Positions 9,526 through 19,180 of a stretch of 64,000 bases of DNA are shown here, in pieces. Both the position numbers and the translations under genes were made by a program. The stretch's first letter is position 1, and each line of letters opens with the position of its first letter. Source of the DNA: a virus; the IMG/VR virus record IMGVR_UViG_3300019458_000032, positions 12,588 to 76,587 of that record. One strand, written 5' to 3'. Under the pieces are notes generated by a model. That model did not search any database. It saw only the letters and a program-made list of their open reading frames with translations, and was not told where the DNA came from.

Positions 9526-9971
9526 AAATATTTCCTTGGTTAGTAATTGGCAAATGGGTTAATGTTGTTTTTGGGTCTGGATATTTAAAACGACTAATAA
9601 TTTTTGAATGTAAATATTTATTCAGTATTTATTTAAATATTTGAAAAACAATTGAACATGATAGATTCCATACACATGCATTTTCATCCATTAGTTTTAT
9701 GATGATGGGAGAATATGATGAAGAACGTCTTTTAGAAAATGGAAAAATTATAAAATATACTATAAAAGCTCCATTTATTCGTTTTATCAGTCGTAGTAAT
9801 AATCATCGTATGTTAGAGGCCAGAGGATTAACGATTTCAATGTCAATTACTGGACCTTGGGACAAAATATGGTCTGAAACTTTAATTAAAGATAAAAATA
9901 AAAGATTTTTAACATGGGGACGTAAAGTATTATTTGAAGAAAAACCAAATGACAAAAGAATTACAGGATAA
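9522..9971 (+). pseudogene. cupin-like protein interrupted by an in-frame TGA at 9642-9644
   Basis: ATG 9522 (ATGA overlap) is in frame with ORF 9699-9971. A single TGA lies just before the HTH...E / H cupin-like motifs (FHTHAF...GEYDEE...NHRM). Confidence 0.65.
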
Positions 9972-9973
9972 AT

Positions 9974-10567
9974 ATGAATAGAGTTATTATACGTTATAAA
10001 AGAGCTAAAAATATAATAGGAAAAAGATATAATAGATTGGTAGTTTTAGAACAAAATGGTTGGAAAGAATTAACAAATAATAGAACCGCAATATGGAAAT
10101 GTCTATGTGATTGTGGAAATATTGTTGATGTACCATTAACTTATTTAAATGTAGAAAGTACAGGAAGTTGTGGATGTTTACAAAAAGAAGTTGCCGCCAG
10201 AAATGGAAGGGCTAATTTTAAAGGTGATGAGATCTCTGGTTTTAATAAAATTAAAGGTGAATATAAAAAAAGAGCAAAACTTAAAAATATGGATTTCGAT
10301 TTAACGGATGAACAAATAAGAATTTTATTTACAGATAAATGTTATTATTGTGAAGCTGAACCAAAACAAATATCTAGAGTTAATGCTATTGAACAAAGAG
10401 GTTTATTTCTATATAATGGTATTGATAGAGTTGATAACACTAAAGGGTATACTTTAGAAAATTCAGTTAGTTGTTGTAAATATTGTAATACTGCTAAACA
10501 TGATTTAACCGTTGAACAATTTATAAATCATATGAAATTAATTTTAAAAACTTTGGAGTCAAAATGA
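9974..10567 (+). CDS. HNH homing endonuclease
   Basis: GKRYNRLVV, WKCLCDCGN, SCGC, CYYC, GIDRVDN-KGY-EN-VSCCKYCN. Confidence 0.85.
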   Translation: MNRVIIRYKRAKNIIGKRYNRLVVLEQNGWKELTNNRTAIWKCLCDCGNIVDVPLTYLNVESTGSCGCLQKEVAARNGRANFKGDEISGFNKIKGEYKKRAKLKNMDFDLTDEQIRILFTDKCYYCEAEPKQISRVNAIEQRGLFLYNGIDRVDNTKGYTLENSVSCCKYCNTAKHDLTVEQFINHMKLILKTLESK

Positions 10568-11418
10568 ACAGGTCTGCGTTCATTTGTATTTGCACTGCTG
10601 AATACCTAAATCACTACATTGAACTCTATAAGAGTTTACAAGAACATGCTCCAGGTGAGAAACAAATTCTCTATTATATTAAAGCAAAAAAAACAATAGA
10701 TGAAATAAAAGAAGAACATGGATTCGACGAAATAGTTGATTTAACTTCAGAATTTTATACATGTAATCCTTCATACAATATTCTAGAACGTATATGTTCT
10801 CTTAGAGCTAGAGTTGTATTGGATGCTTTCGAGAAGGGATATACAAATGTTGTATTTCTTGGAGCTAAAGTTGAGTTCTTTAGCAGTCCTCATCATCTAA
10901 TTAGCCCTTTAAATGCCTTTATTGCGCCCTATAAGGCTGTTGTAACCCCTCATATCCTAGAACCCTTACCAGATGATGGAAAGTTTCCTTCTAACGCTTC
11001 TGTGAGCTTTACAGGCCATATATCTACAGATGTTGTAGCTTTTAGAAATGACCCAGAAATCATAAAATTTCTTCAATGGCAAGATGAAATTATGAAAACT
11101 CAATGTAAAACTACAAATAACACATATTTAGATCAATCCTGGCTTAATTTTCTTCCATTCTTTGTTAATAATGTTTACATTCTAAGACATCCAGGTTATA
11201 ATGTAGCTTATTGGTGCTATAAACAAAGAAATATGGAAAAATGTATGGATGGTCGTTGGATGGTTTCAAATAAAGATGAAAGAGATTTTCTAACATGTTT
11301 TCAATATTCAGGATTAGATTTAAATAACCCTGAGAATATAAGTACACATCAGAATAGATATAAAGCAGAAGGTGATTTTTTAGAATTTTTAAAAGATTAT
11401 GCTAAGAGAGTGAAATGA
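10564..11418 (+). CDS. putative GT-A-like glycosyltransferase
   Basis: AFICIC-EYL N-terminus; DQSWLN-LP, ILRHPGYNVAYW and FQYSG pattern seen in glycosyltransferase-like proteins. No canonical DxD seen. Confidence 0.6.
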   Translation: MNRSAFICICTAEYLNHYIELYKSLQEHAPGEKQILYYIKAKKTIDEIKEEHGFDEIVDLTSEFYTCNPSYNILERICSLRARVVLDAFEKGYTNVVFLGAKVEFFSSPHHLISPLNAFIAPYKAVVTPHILEPLPDDGKFPSNASVSFTGHISTDVVAFRNDPEIIKFLQWQDEIMKTQCKTTNNTYLDQSWLNFLPFFVNNVYILRHPGYNVAYWCYKQRNMEKCMDGRWMVSNKDERDFLTCFQYSGLDLNNPENISTHQNRYKAEGDFLEFLKDYAKRVK

Positions 11419-11615
11419 AAAGAAGTGAGATGATTTTAAATATAGCATCAGAATTAATACATGAACATACAAATCTTATACCATTTGACAAAGCTCAAGA
11501 TTTAGCTGAAATTGTTTTAAATAGAATTGAAAAAGACGGAATGTTACCACCAATTGAACCATATCGTCGTGTTGAAGATTTAGATTTGGGTGTTCCAGAA
11601 TGGGAAGAAGAATGA
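11415..11615 (+). CDS. hypothetical protein
   Basis: ATGA overlaps at both ends. Confidence 0.6.
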   Translation: MKRSEMILNIASELIHEHTNLIPFDKAQDLAEIVLNRIEKDGMLPPIEPYRRVEDLDLGVPEWEEE

Positions 11616-12235
11616 AAGTAATAATCCCAGCATGCGGCTACGGAATCAGGATGGGGATGCAACCCAATGAATCTAAAGAGATGCTCATTGAAGAAATGCC
11701 TCATCCTGCTATGAAAAATTACAATCAACCAATTATTCAATATTCATTGGATATTTGTGAGCAATATAATTTAGATCCTATTGTAATAACTAGACCTCAC
11801 AAGGAAGATCTTATAGAATATCTTCATAAACACAGAATTGAAGTTATGATTCATCAACCCAAAGACGGTGAAGAGTGGGCATTAACAGTATTAGCTTCAC
11901 AAAGACATTGGGAAGAGAATAATTTATTATTACTACCCGATACAAGATTTCATAGCACGGGTATTGTTTTAGATATTGAAGAGGGTTTAAAATTGGGCAA
12001 TAATGCAGTATTTGCATTACATAACGTAGATGATCCTCATAACTGGGGAATTATTAAAGATTATAATTTAATTGAAAAACCCAAAACCCTTAGTGTTGGA
12101 AGATATTGGGCTTGGGGGTTAATTGCGTTTAAAGATTATTATGGAGAAGAACTATTTTCTTCAAAACAATTAACTTTAAAAGATGTTGGATTTTGTTATT
12201 TAGATCACTTTAGAGATATTACGAGAACTAAATGA
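11612..12235 (+). CDS. sugar-phosphate nucleotidyltransferase (NTP_transferase family)
   Basis: KVIIPACGYGIRM...KEML; LLPDT; WGII...EKP. Confidence 0.8.
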   Translation: MKVIIPACGYGIRMGMQPNESKEMLIEEMPHPAMKNYNQPIIQYSLDICEQYNLDPIVITRPHKEDLIEYLHKHRIEVMIHQPKDGEEWALTVLASQRHWEENNLLLLPDTRFHSTGIVLDIEEGLKLGNNAVFALHNVDDPHNWGIIKDYNLIEKPKTLSVGRYWAWGLIAFKDYYGEELFSSKQLTLKDVGFCYLDHFRDITRTK

Positions 12236-13299
12236 AAGATAACTTTGGATTTTATTATTACGATATTTCCAAATTTGAAGAACTTGTAGAACAGAAGTAT
12301 ATAAGAAAATCTGAAACAGATGATCTTGTTTTATACACATATACAGAACAAACAACTTATGAAAAATATTGGAATGACTATACAAGAGCCGCCAGAGGTT
12401 TAATTCTAGATAAACACACAGGAGAACTTGTTGCTAAACCTTTTCCTAAGTTTTTTAATTTAGGCGAAATGCCTGAAGTATATTTAACAAATCTTCCTTC
12501 TCTTGAATATACTGTATCCGAAAAAGTTGATGGTTCATTGGGTATTATTTATTTCTATAACAATAAATGGAATGTTGCAACAAAAGGTTCATTTGCTAGT
12601 GAACAATCAATTAAAGCTGAAGAAATATTAAAAAAATATGATTTAACTAAAATTAACACTAAAACAACTCTACTAGTTGAAATTATTTATCCTGAAAATA
12701 GAGTAGTTGTAGATTATAACAACGAAGAAAAACTTGTTTTAATCGGTGCTTATAATAATGTAACCGGTAACGAATTTATAGATTTAGATGTCTATTCAAA
12801 TTTAACTGGTTTGCCATTAAGAAAAACATATTCATACACAATCAATGAAATGATAAAGTTACAAAAAACTATTCCCAAGAATCAAGAGGGATTTGTTATT
12901 CGTTTCTCATCTGGATTAAGAATTAAAATTAAAGGCGAAGAGTATTTAAAAATACACAAAATTATATCTAATTTATCACCATTAAGTTTCTGGGAAGTTA
13001 TGGAAAATGGAAAAGTTCCTATTAACTATATTCAACAAGTACCAGAAGAATTTCTTGACCAATTTGAACCAATTGTAATTGAGTTAGAAAAACGATATAT
13101 TCAAATTAAAAAAGAAGTTGAAGAAGAATTTCACACTTTGCCAAATAAAGAATCTAGGAAAGAAGTAGGATTGCATCTTAAAAAATTTACATATAATCAT
13201 GAATCCGCAATGTTTCCTATGTTACTTGATAAAAAAGATGTTGTAGACAAATATATAATGAAACAAATTAGACCAAAGGGTAATAGCTTTAATTTATAA
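12232..13299 (+). CDS. T4 Rnl1-like RNA ligase
   Basis: ARGLI...KPFPKFFN, motif I EKVDGSLG, EGFVI, KIK-EEY. Confidence 0.9.
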   Translation: MKDNFGFYYYDISKFEELVEQKYIRKSETDDLVLYTYTEQTTYEKYWNDYTRAARGLILDKHTGELVAKPFPKFFNLGEMPEVYLTNLPSLEYTVSEKVDGSLGIIYFYNNKWNVATKGSFASEQSIKAEEILKKYDLTKINTKTTLLVEIIYPENRVVVDYNNEEKLVLIGAYNNVTGNEFIDLDVYSNLTGLPLRKTYSYTINEMIKLQKTIPKNQEGFVIRFSSGLRIKIKGEEYLKIHKIISNLSPLSFWEVMENGKVPINYIQQVPEEFLDQFEPIVIELEKRYIQIKKEVEEEFHTLPNKESRKEVGLHLKKFTYNHESAMFPMLLDKKDVVDKYIMKQIRPKGNSFNL

Positions 13300-13301
13300 A
13301 T

Positions 13302-13526
13302 ATGGACAACATACACGATATTACAAAAATTAAAAAAGCCAAGTTAATTGTTAAAGAACTAGAAATGGCTTTACAGGTAATTGAACTATCTATAGTGGGA
13401 TTAAAACCATTTAAAAAATATACAGGAATAAAAGAAACAATTTATTCATTAAACGATAATAAAGAAACTCTTAATTTTCATTTAGAAGAATGGACAGAAA
13501 TCTTAAATTCTAAAGGTAAAACATGA
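13302..13526 (+). CDS. hypothetical protein
   Basis: ORF packed in operon. Confidence 0.55.
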   Translation: MDNIHDITKIKKAKLIVKELEMALQVIELSIVGLKPFKKYTGIKETIYSLNDNKETLNFHLEEWTEILNSKGKT

Positions 13527-13912
13527 GTGAAATAAAATATTATAAAAATACATTATGGCTTAAACCTTTTGTGGATAGCGTAAAGTCATTGGTGGATCAC
13601 GATAAAATAAAGCTCATCAGAGGGTATAGTGTTCAACCTGGTAAAGAAAGAACACAATATGGGTCTATTATTCGTTATAATGATGACACTTATACAATAA
13701 ACTTAAAACTATATTCCTATAATAAAAATTTAAAGAAACAAGTTCCTGATGATTATGAAATTATTCTATGTACGTTAGCGCATGAATTAGCACACACAAA
13801 GCATTGGATACATAAACCCGAACATTTTAAGCTTTTTTCGTTGATTTTACTACGTTTTTGTCGTATAATGAAGAAATTGAATATAAAGGATACAAATCAA
13901 GCTTGGAAATAA
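13523..13912 (+). CDS. zincin-like metallopeptidase (HExxH; WLM/SprT/YgjP-like)
   Basis: TLAHELAH-KHWIH-PEHF. Confidence 0.65.
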   Translation: MSEIKYYKNTLWLKPFVDSVKSLVDHDKIKLIRGYSVQPGKERTQYGSIIRYNDDTYTINLKLYSYNKNLKKQVPDDYEIILCTLAHELAHTKHWIHKPEHFKLFSLILLRFCRIMKKLNIKDTNQAWK

Positions 13913-13919
13913 CAACTAT
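13910..13919 (+). promoter_or_regulatory. phage promoter-like motif TAACAACTAT
   Basis: Same 10-mer as the seven minus-strand copies; co-oriented with and upstream of gene 13948. Confidence 0.55.
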
Positions 13920-13947
13920 ATGTATTCAATAATATTACAGGAGTAAT

Positions 13948-14745
13948 ATGAAAAATAGAAAAAATGGTCCAAAAATTCTAACATTAGACATAGAAACATT
14001 TGGATATGTAGTTGAAACATGGGGAATTTGGGATCAAACTATACAACCGGATCAAATTATTAAAGATTGGTGTGTTGCAAGTTGGTCAGCTAAATGGATA
14101 GATGATCCCCCGGAAAAGATTATGTATATGGATAATAGAGATAGAAAAGACCCCAGAAATGATGAAAAAATTATTAAAGCAATGCATAAACTTTTAAATG
14201 AAGCTGATGTTATTGTAACTCAAAACGGAAAATCTTTTGATATTAAGAAGTTAAATGCTCGCTTTGCTTTTTACGATTTAACTCCAACCAGACCATATAA
14301 ACATTTTGATACAAAACAAGCAGCTAAAACTAAATTCGGCTTTACATCCAATAGTTTAAAACATCTTTGTGAATATCTTCATATTAAATATAAAAAATCT
14401 GACCATAAAAAGTTTCCAGGACGTGAATTATGGAGACAATGTGAGGCTAAAAACTTAAAAGCCTGGAAAGAAATGGAAAAATACAATAAAATCGATGTAT
14501 TAGCTACAGAAGAAGTTTATAAAAAATTAGAACCCTGGACTAATACTCTTAATTTGGCAATTTTCACCGATTTAAATGAAGTAACTTGTAATTGTGGAAG
14601 TACAAAATTTCACAGTAGAGGGTCTGCAAAAACCAAGACTTGTATTTATAAAAGATATCAATGTCAAGGATGTGGAACTTGGGTACAAGGAAAAAAAATA
14701 CCTTTAACTAAAGAACAAAAAGAAAATCTTAGAAAAAAAGTTTAA
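13948..14745 (+). CDS. RNase H-like (DnaQ-type) exonuclease with C-terminal Zn ribbon
   Basis: LTLDIET, NGKSFDIK, YNKIDV; CNCG and CQGCG. Confidence 0.8.
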   Translation: MKNRKNGPKILTLDIETFGYVVETWGIWDQTIQPDQIIKDWCVASWSAKWIDDPPEKIMYMDNRDRKDPRNDEKIIKAMHKLLNEADVIVTQNGKSFDIKKLNARFAFYDLTPTRPYKHFDTKQAAKTKFGFTSNSLKHLCEYLHIKYKKSDHKKFPGRELWRQCEAKNLKAWKEMEKYNKIDVLATEEVYKKLEPWTNTLNLAIFTDLNEVTCNCGSTKFHSRGSAKTKTCIYKRYQCQGCGTWVQGKKIPLTKEQKENLRKKV

Positions 14746-14766
14746 TTATTAACCGTGAGGTAAATT

Positions 14767-15021
14767 ATGTCAGATGGTAATGCAAAGTATGTTTCTAAAG
14801 CTTCAGATTTACAGGTAATTCTTGATTATCTGTCAAAGAAGACTGTAGCTGATGCAATCCAAGATTCAGGTCTTTGGGAAGCGGTAAGTGCTTTAAGACG
14901 CGCCATTCCTCTTGAATTAGAATTGAAGCTTAAGGCCGAACAAGACGTTAGAGACCTTGTAAAAGCTTCAGAGGCTGGAACAGCAGGTCCTGCCGAAACA
15001 ACGTCATCCCAGGCCGTTTAA
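14767..15021 (+). CDS. hypothetical protein
   Basis: ORF with GAGG RBS. Confidence 0.6.
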   Translation: MSDGNAKYVSKASDLQVILDYLSKKTVADAIQDSGLWEAVSALRRAIPLELELKLKAEQDVRDLVKASEAGTAGPAETTSSQAV

Positions 15022-15035
15022 AGAGGAAATAACAC

Positions 15036-15461
15036 ATGTTTAATGACGACTCTAACCCTAAAGCTCAACTAGAAAGAATGAGAATGAGGGGTGAAGGCGG
15101 TGCTCCAACCAGAGCAAGCTCTTTGCCCTCTGACCCTGCTTCCAGAAAGAACTATCCTATTGCTACGGGAGTTCTAGACTACTTTCCAGATGCATTAGCT
15201 GCATTGGCTCAAATCTCTAAAGCTGGAAATGATCAACATAATCCAGGACTTCCCTTACGTTGGACTAGAAGTAAATCTGGAGATGAATCAGATACATGTA
15301 TGAGACATTTCCTACAAAGAGGTACAATAGATACCGATGGTATGAGACATACAGCCAAAGCTGCTTGGAGAATGCTAGCCCTTTTACAGAAAGAAATTGA
15401 ACAAGAACAAGATAAACAGTTGACAATTAAAGAAGATCCTGATAATATAGAAAATAGTTAA
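15036..15461 (+). CDS. DUF5664-like dATP/dGTP diphosphohydrolase domain protein
   Basis: YFPDALAALAQIS-AGNDQH...W...MRH...D-DG-RH-AKAAWR-LA. Confidence 0.65.
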   Translation: MFNDDSNPKAQLERMRMRGEGGAPTRASSLPSDPASRKNYPIATGVLDYFPDALAALAQISKAGNDQHNPGLPLRWTRSKSGDESDTCMRHFLQRGTIDTDGMRHTAKAAWRMLALLQKEIEQEQDKQLTIKEDPDNIENS

Positions 15462-15470
15462 AGGATTATT

Positions 15471-16082
15471 ATGACCACCTATTTTAGTGATGTTAAATAT
15501 ATTGAAATAGAACCTCTATTGGAAGAATTAAATGAAATCTTCTTAGAATCTGAAGAAGAGTTAAAAAAACTTAATAGAGTCTATAATTTACAAGAAACTG
15601 GTCCCCATGCTGTAGTTCCCGATCAATTTAAATATCATGGAACTATCACAAGAATTAGAAATGATGGAACAATCGCATTTCAACTAAAACAACCACCTGG
15701 TGCTATTTCTCTATCTTATAAAAATATTGAATCTGATATGTATTTAGATAGAGTACATTTAGATCCCTTTGATATTCAGAATATTTTGAAGGATAAAGAT
15801 AGTTCTAAAAAAATTATTAATAAACTTGTAAATGATATGTTAGAAAATCTTAAAAAACATAAACAATTAGATATTTCTAAAAAATATATTGGAAAAACAA
15901 TCGCAACTATGGTAAGACCTGGTACACAAAGTAGGATTGTTACAAATTATCAGGATGAATTTATAGAAATTAGACTTTATTCTGATGCAACTGAGATTTC
16001 TCAAGGAGAAAAAAATGACTCTACCACAATTAATTCTACAGAAAGCTCAACAAGCGGAACTACAACAAACATTACCGATTAG
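15471..16082 (+). CDS. hypothetical protein
   Basis: 203-aa ORF with AAGGA RBS. Confidence 0.6.
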   Translation: MTTYFSDVKYIEIEPLLEELNEIFLESEEELKKLNRVYNLQETGPHAVVPDQFKYHGTITRIRNDGTIAFQLKQPPGAISLSYKNIESDMYLDRVHLDPFDIQNILKDKDSSKKIINKLVNDMLENLKKHKQLDISKKYIGKTIATMVRPGTQSRIVTNYQDEFIEIRLYSDATEISQGEKNDSTTINSTESSTSGTTTNITD

Positions 16083-16212
16083 AATATCTAATAAAGATTA
16101 TAATATCATTACAGATAGTTATGCTATTATTAAAGAATTAGAAGATGCTGGATTTCATGTAGAAACGTTTACAGAACGTTTCTCTAAGACATATGGATTG
16201 GTTATTTCTTGA
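16015..16212 (+). CDS. hypothetical protein
   Basis: ATG 16015 with AAGGAG RBS. Confidence 0.55.
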   Translation: MTLPQLILQKAQQAELQQTLPIRISNKDYNIITDSYAIIKELEDAGFHVETFTERFSKTYGLVIS

Positions 16213-16652
16213 ACATAAAGATTAAAAAATTACATCCTGATGCCGTAATACCATCATACGCCAAACTTGGTGATGCTGGATTAGATTTAACTGCTATATC
16301 TATGGAATATAATAGATTACATTCTGGAAGTAAATTTATAACATATGGAACTGGATTAGCTATAGAGATTCCAGAAGGATATGTAGGTTTAATATTTCCC
16401 AGAAGTTCAATTTCTAAAACATATTTAGATTTATCAAATTCTGTAGGTGTTATTGATAGTGGTTATAGGGGAGAAATACTGTTTAAATTTCGTATAGATG
16501 CTGGTGCTAGACCCAACAAGGAATGTTATAAAGTTGGCGATAGAATTGGACAATTAATCATCATTCCTTATCCTAAAATTGAATTTGAAGAAGTTACAGA
16601 ATTATCTCAAACAGATCGTAATACTAATGGATTTGGGAGTTCTGGATTATGA
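16209..16652 (+). CDS. dut: trimeric dUTPase
   Basis: AGLDL, RSS, GVIDSGYRGEI, GDRIGQL, R-GFGSSG motifs. Confidence 0.95.
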   Translation: MNIKIKKLHPDAVIPSYAKLGDAGLDLTAISMEYNRLHSGSKFITYGTGLAIEIPEGYVGLIFPRSSISKTYLDLSNSVGVIDSGYRGEILFKFRIDAGARPNKECYKVGDRIGQLIIIPYPKIEFEEVTELSQTDRNTNGFGSSGL

Positions 16653-16805
16653 AATATCACGAATGTGGTAAATGTGAAATATTTTTTGATTTTTGTAGAT
16701 GTGAAGAAATAACTCGAAAAAAATTAGATGAATTACCAGGTGCATCAATTGATGAGATAATTAAACACGCCGGTGAATATATAAATAATTGGATTGACAA
16801 AAAAT

Positions 16806-17087
16806 ATGGGAAAACAAAAACTAAAGAACCATCGTCCAGACGAACATCTTCTAGGGCAAATAAGAGAACTAAAATGTCAAATAAGAAAACTAAGTCAAGA
16901 AAATCGAAGACTTGAAAAACTATTAGGTTATAATCAAAATACTATTAGAGAGATAATAGAAGAACAATTACCTGACTGCGAGAACTGTGGAAAAGGTTTT
17001 TTAAGAGAGATAATTGTTTTGGATAGAAGAATTAAGCTTTGTAATGTATGCGACTGGAGAAGTAGGGCGGTTAAAATTCATGGATGA
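16806..17087 (+). CDS. coiled-coil plus Zn-ribbon hypothetical protein
   Basis: CENC...CNVC. Confidence 0.5.
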   Translation: MGKQKLKNHRPDEHLLGQIRELKCQIRKLSQENRRLEKLLGYNQNTIREIIEEQLPDCENCGKGFLREIIVLDRRIKLCNVCDWRSRAVKIHG

Positions 17088-17517
17088 TGTAAAAAAAGAT
17101 AAAGATATTATAGTTTTACCAGATGGTACAAAAGTTAATCGTAAAACTTGGCTAACATCGGGTCTTAGACGCATGAGCTATCGCTGGAGACCTCGTAATG
17201 AAGCCGAGAGACAAGCTAGAGTTGATCGTGGTCTGTATAAATGTGCATATTGTGAACAATCCTTTAGAAATGGTCAATATGCAATAGATCATATTATCCC
17301 AATCATTAATGTAAAGACTGGATGGACAAATTGGGATGATTTCTTGGAAAAGCTCTTTTGTGACGTAGATGGATTTCAGATTTTATGTCATGCATGCCAC
17401 GAAAATAAAACCTCCACTGAGGACCTATTAAGAACTCATTATAATCAACAAAGAAAAGAAGATGAAAAGCCCTTGACAAAACGTAAGAAACGTAGTAAAG
17501 TGATTAAAGATGAGTAA
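17080..17517 (+). CDS. HNH endonuclease
   Basis: CAYC...IDHIIP...QILCHACHENKT. Confidence 0.8.
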   Translation: MDDVKKDKDIIVLPDGTKVNRKTWLTSGLRRMSYRWRPRNEAERQARVDRGLYKCAYCEQSFRNGQYAIDHIIPIINVKTGWTNWDDFLEKLFCDVDGFQILCHACHENKTSTEDLLRTHYNQQRKEDEKPLTKRKKRSKVIKDE

Positions 17518-17836
17518 GTTATTAGAAATTTGGGATAGATGGTCAACGACGGGCATTAAAATGCCCTTCCTTCATGATCCTGAAACAGGTAAACCTTCAG
17601 AAACATTGCTTTTCTATAAAGCAACCACTACAATCACAATTTGTTCTCTATTAGCGTTACATTTTAAAGTAATAACTCCAGGAACAACATTCACAACAGC
17701 GGTGGTTAATTTATTGGCGTTTGTTTGTTATAGAATGAGAAAATTGGATAAAGTAAAATTGGATCTTGACGATCAGTCGATTGAACTAGATAGTGATGAT
17801 AATAATGATGATAAACAAGAAAAGGAAAAAGAATGA
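17510..17836 (+). CDS. small two-TM membrane protein (holin-like candidate)
   Basis: Two hydrophobic segments and a highly charged C-tail; close to spanin-like genes. Confidence 0.45.
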   Translation: MSKLLEIWDRWSTTGIKMPFLHDPETGKPSETLLFYKATTTITICSLLALHFKVITPGTTFTTAVVNLLAFVCYRMRKLDKVKLDLDDQSIELDSDDNNDDKQEKEKE

Positions 17837-18768
17837 AAAAATTTGTACTAGGTTTAACTTTATTGGCGGCTGTGGGTTCAGCTAATGCGTCTGGAACAAA
17901 GACAACAGCACCTTCTAATGGAACACCTAAAGTAACTCTCACTAAAGATAATATGCTTCTATTGTCAACATATATTGATGAACAAAGTGTTGCTAAAACC
18001 GTTAAAATTGCTAAAGAGATGGACGCTAGACTTAAAAGTAATGAACCTATGTACTTCGTTCTTAATTCTGGTGGTGGTAGTATTGACAGTGGTTTAGAGA
18101 TGATTGAAAATCTTCAAAGTTTGAATCGTCCAGTTCATACTATTACAATTTTCTCGGCATCTATGGCATTTCATACCGTTCAAGGACTTGGTAATCGTTA
18201 TATCCTAGCGAATGGCACACTTATGACTCACAAAGCTAAAGGTGGATTTGAAGGTGAATTCCCTGGACAACTAGATTCTAGATATGGCTATTATCTTAAA
18301 CGTATCTTCAGGATGGATGAACAAGTAGTTGCTCGCACAAAGGGTAAACATAACAAAAAATCATATGCAGATCTTTATGAAAATGAATACTGGTGTGATG
18401 GTCAAGAATGTATTAAACAAGGATTTTCTGATCTTGTAATTAAAGCTCAGTGTGATAAGAGTCTTGATGGCACTCGTGATGAAGTTGAAAAATTGATTTT
18501 TATGGGTATGCCTGTAGAAATTACTCTAGTATTTGATAAATGTCCTTTGAATACTGGTCTTCTTGATGTTAAAGTTGCAATCAATGGTGAACAATTGTTT
18601 TCAGTTGATAAAGAAAAACCTGTTCAAAAAACAAAAGTTGAAGACAGAAGTTATTATTACTCTAGTCGTGATCACGACTGGGATAAAGAAGATCTTGTAA
18701 AACTTAACGAAGCAATTCAGGCTAAAATTAAAAAAATCACTAATCGTGAAGTTATTAAGGGATATTAA
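17833..18768 (+). CDS. ClpP-like serine protease with N-terminal signal peptide
   Basis: LNSGGGSI, SASMA (Ser), MTHKA (His); leader MKKFVLGLTLLAAVGSANA. Confidence 0.8.
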   Translation: MKKFVLGLTLLAAVGSANASGTKTTAPSNGTPKVTLTKDNMLLLSTYIDEQSVAKTVKIAKEMDARLKSNEPMYFVLNSGGGSIDSGLEMIENLQSLNRPVHTITIFSASMAFHTVQGLGNRYILANGTLMTHKAKGGFEGEFPGQLDSRYGYYLKRIFRMDEQVVARTKGKHNKKSYADLYENEYWCDGQECIKQGFSDLVIKAQCDKSLDGTRDEVEKLIFMGMPVEITLVFDKCPLNTGLLDVKVAINGEQLFSVDKEKPVQKTKVEDRSYYYSSRDHDWDKEDLVKLNEAIQAKIKKITNREVIKGY

Positions 18769-18770
18769 TA

Positions 18771-19055
18771 ATGACTAGCGTATTAATAATGATGGTTGTT
18801 GCACTGGTAGTCTTACTGGTGCATCAACATTTGAAAAAGAATAGTGCAGAAGCTTTAAACGACAATCTCGAATCAAAAGAAAAGGTTCTTGAAAAAGAGA
18901 AAGAGATTGCTAAAAATGAAGGTTTAATTACTGCCGAAGAAGAAAAACGTAAACAAATTGAATCAGATTTAGAGAAAAAGAAAAATGAAGAAGTTTCTAA
19001 AGACAACCTTTTGGATTTTTTTAATAATCGCAGTTCCGACAACGATAGTAAATGA
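18771..19055 (+). CDS. inner-membrane spanin-like protein
   Basis: N-terminal TM helix followed by a charged coiled coil. Confidence 0.5.
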   Translation: MTSVLIMMVVALVVLLVHQHLKKNSAEALNDNLESKEKVLEKEKEIAKNEGLITAEEEKRKQIESDLEKKKNEEVSKDNLLDFFNNRSSDNDSK

Positions 19056-19180
19056 CGATAGATTTTTGAGATATCTAAAAGTTATGCAATGCACTAAAGA
19101 TATAGTTAATATAATCGATAAGAATTATCTTTATTATAGCAACGTTAGAAATATTGTTACCTGGTGTGAAAATCATGTTG

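Noticed and set aside
9642-9644. Genome-wide TGA recoding
   Set aside because: TGA terminates many genes in ATGA overlaps and long genes are intact under the standard code.
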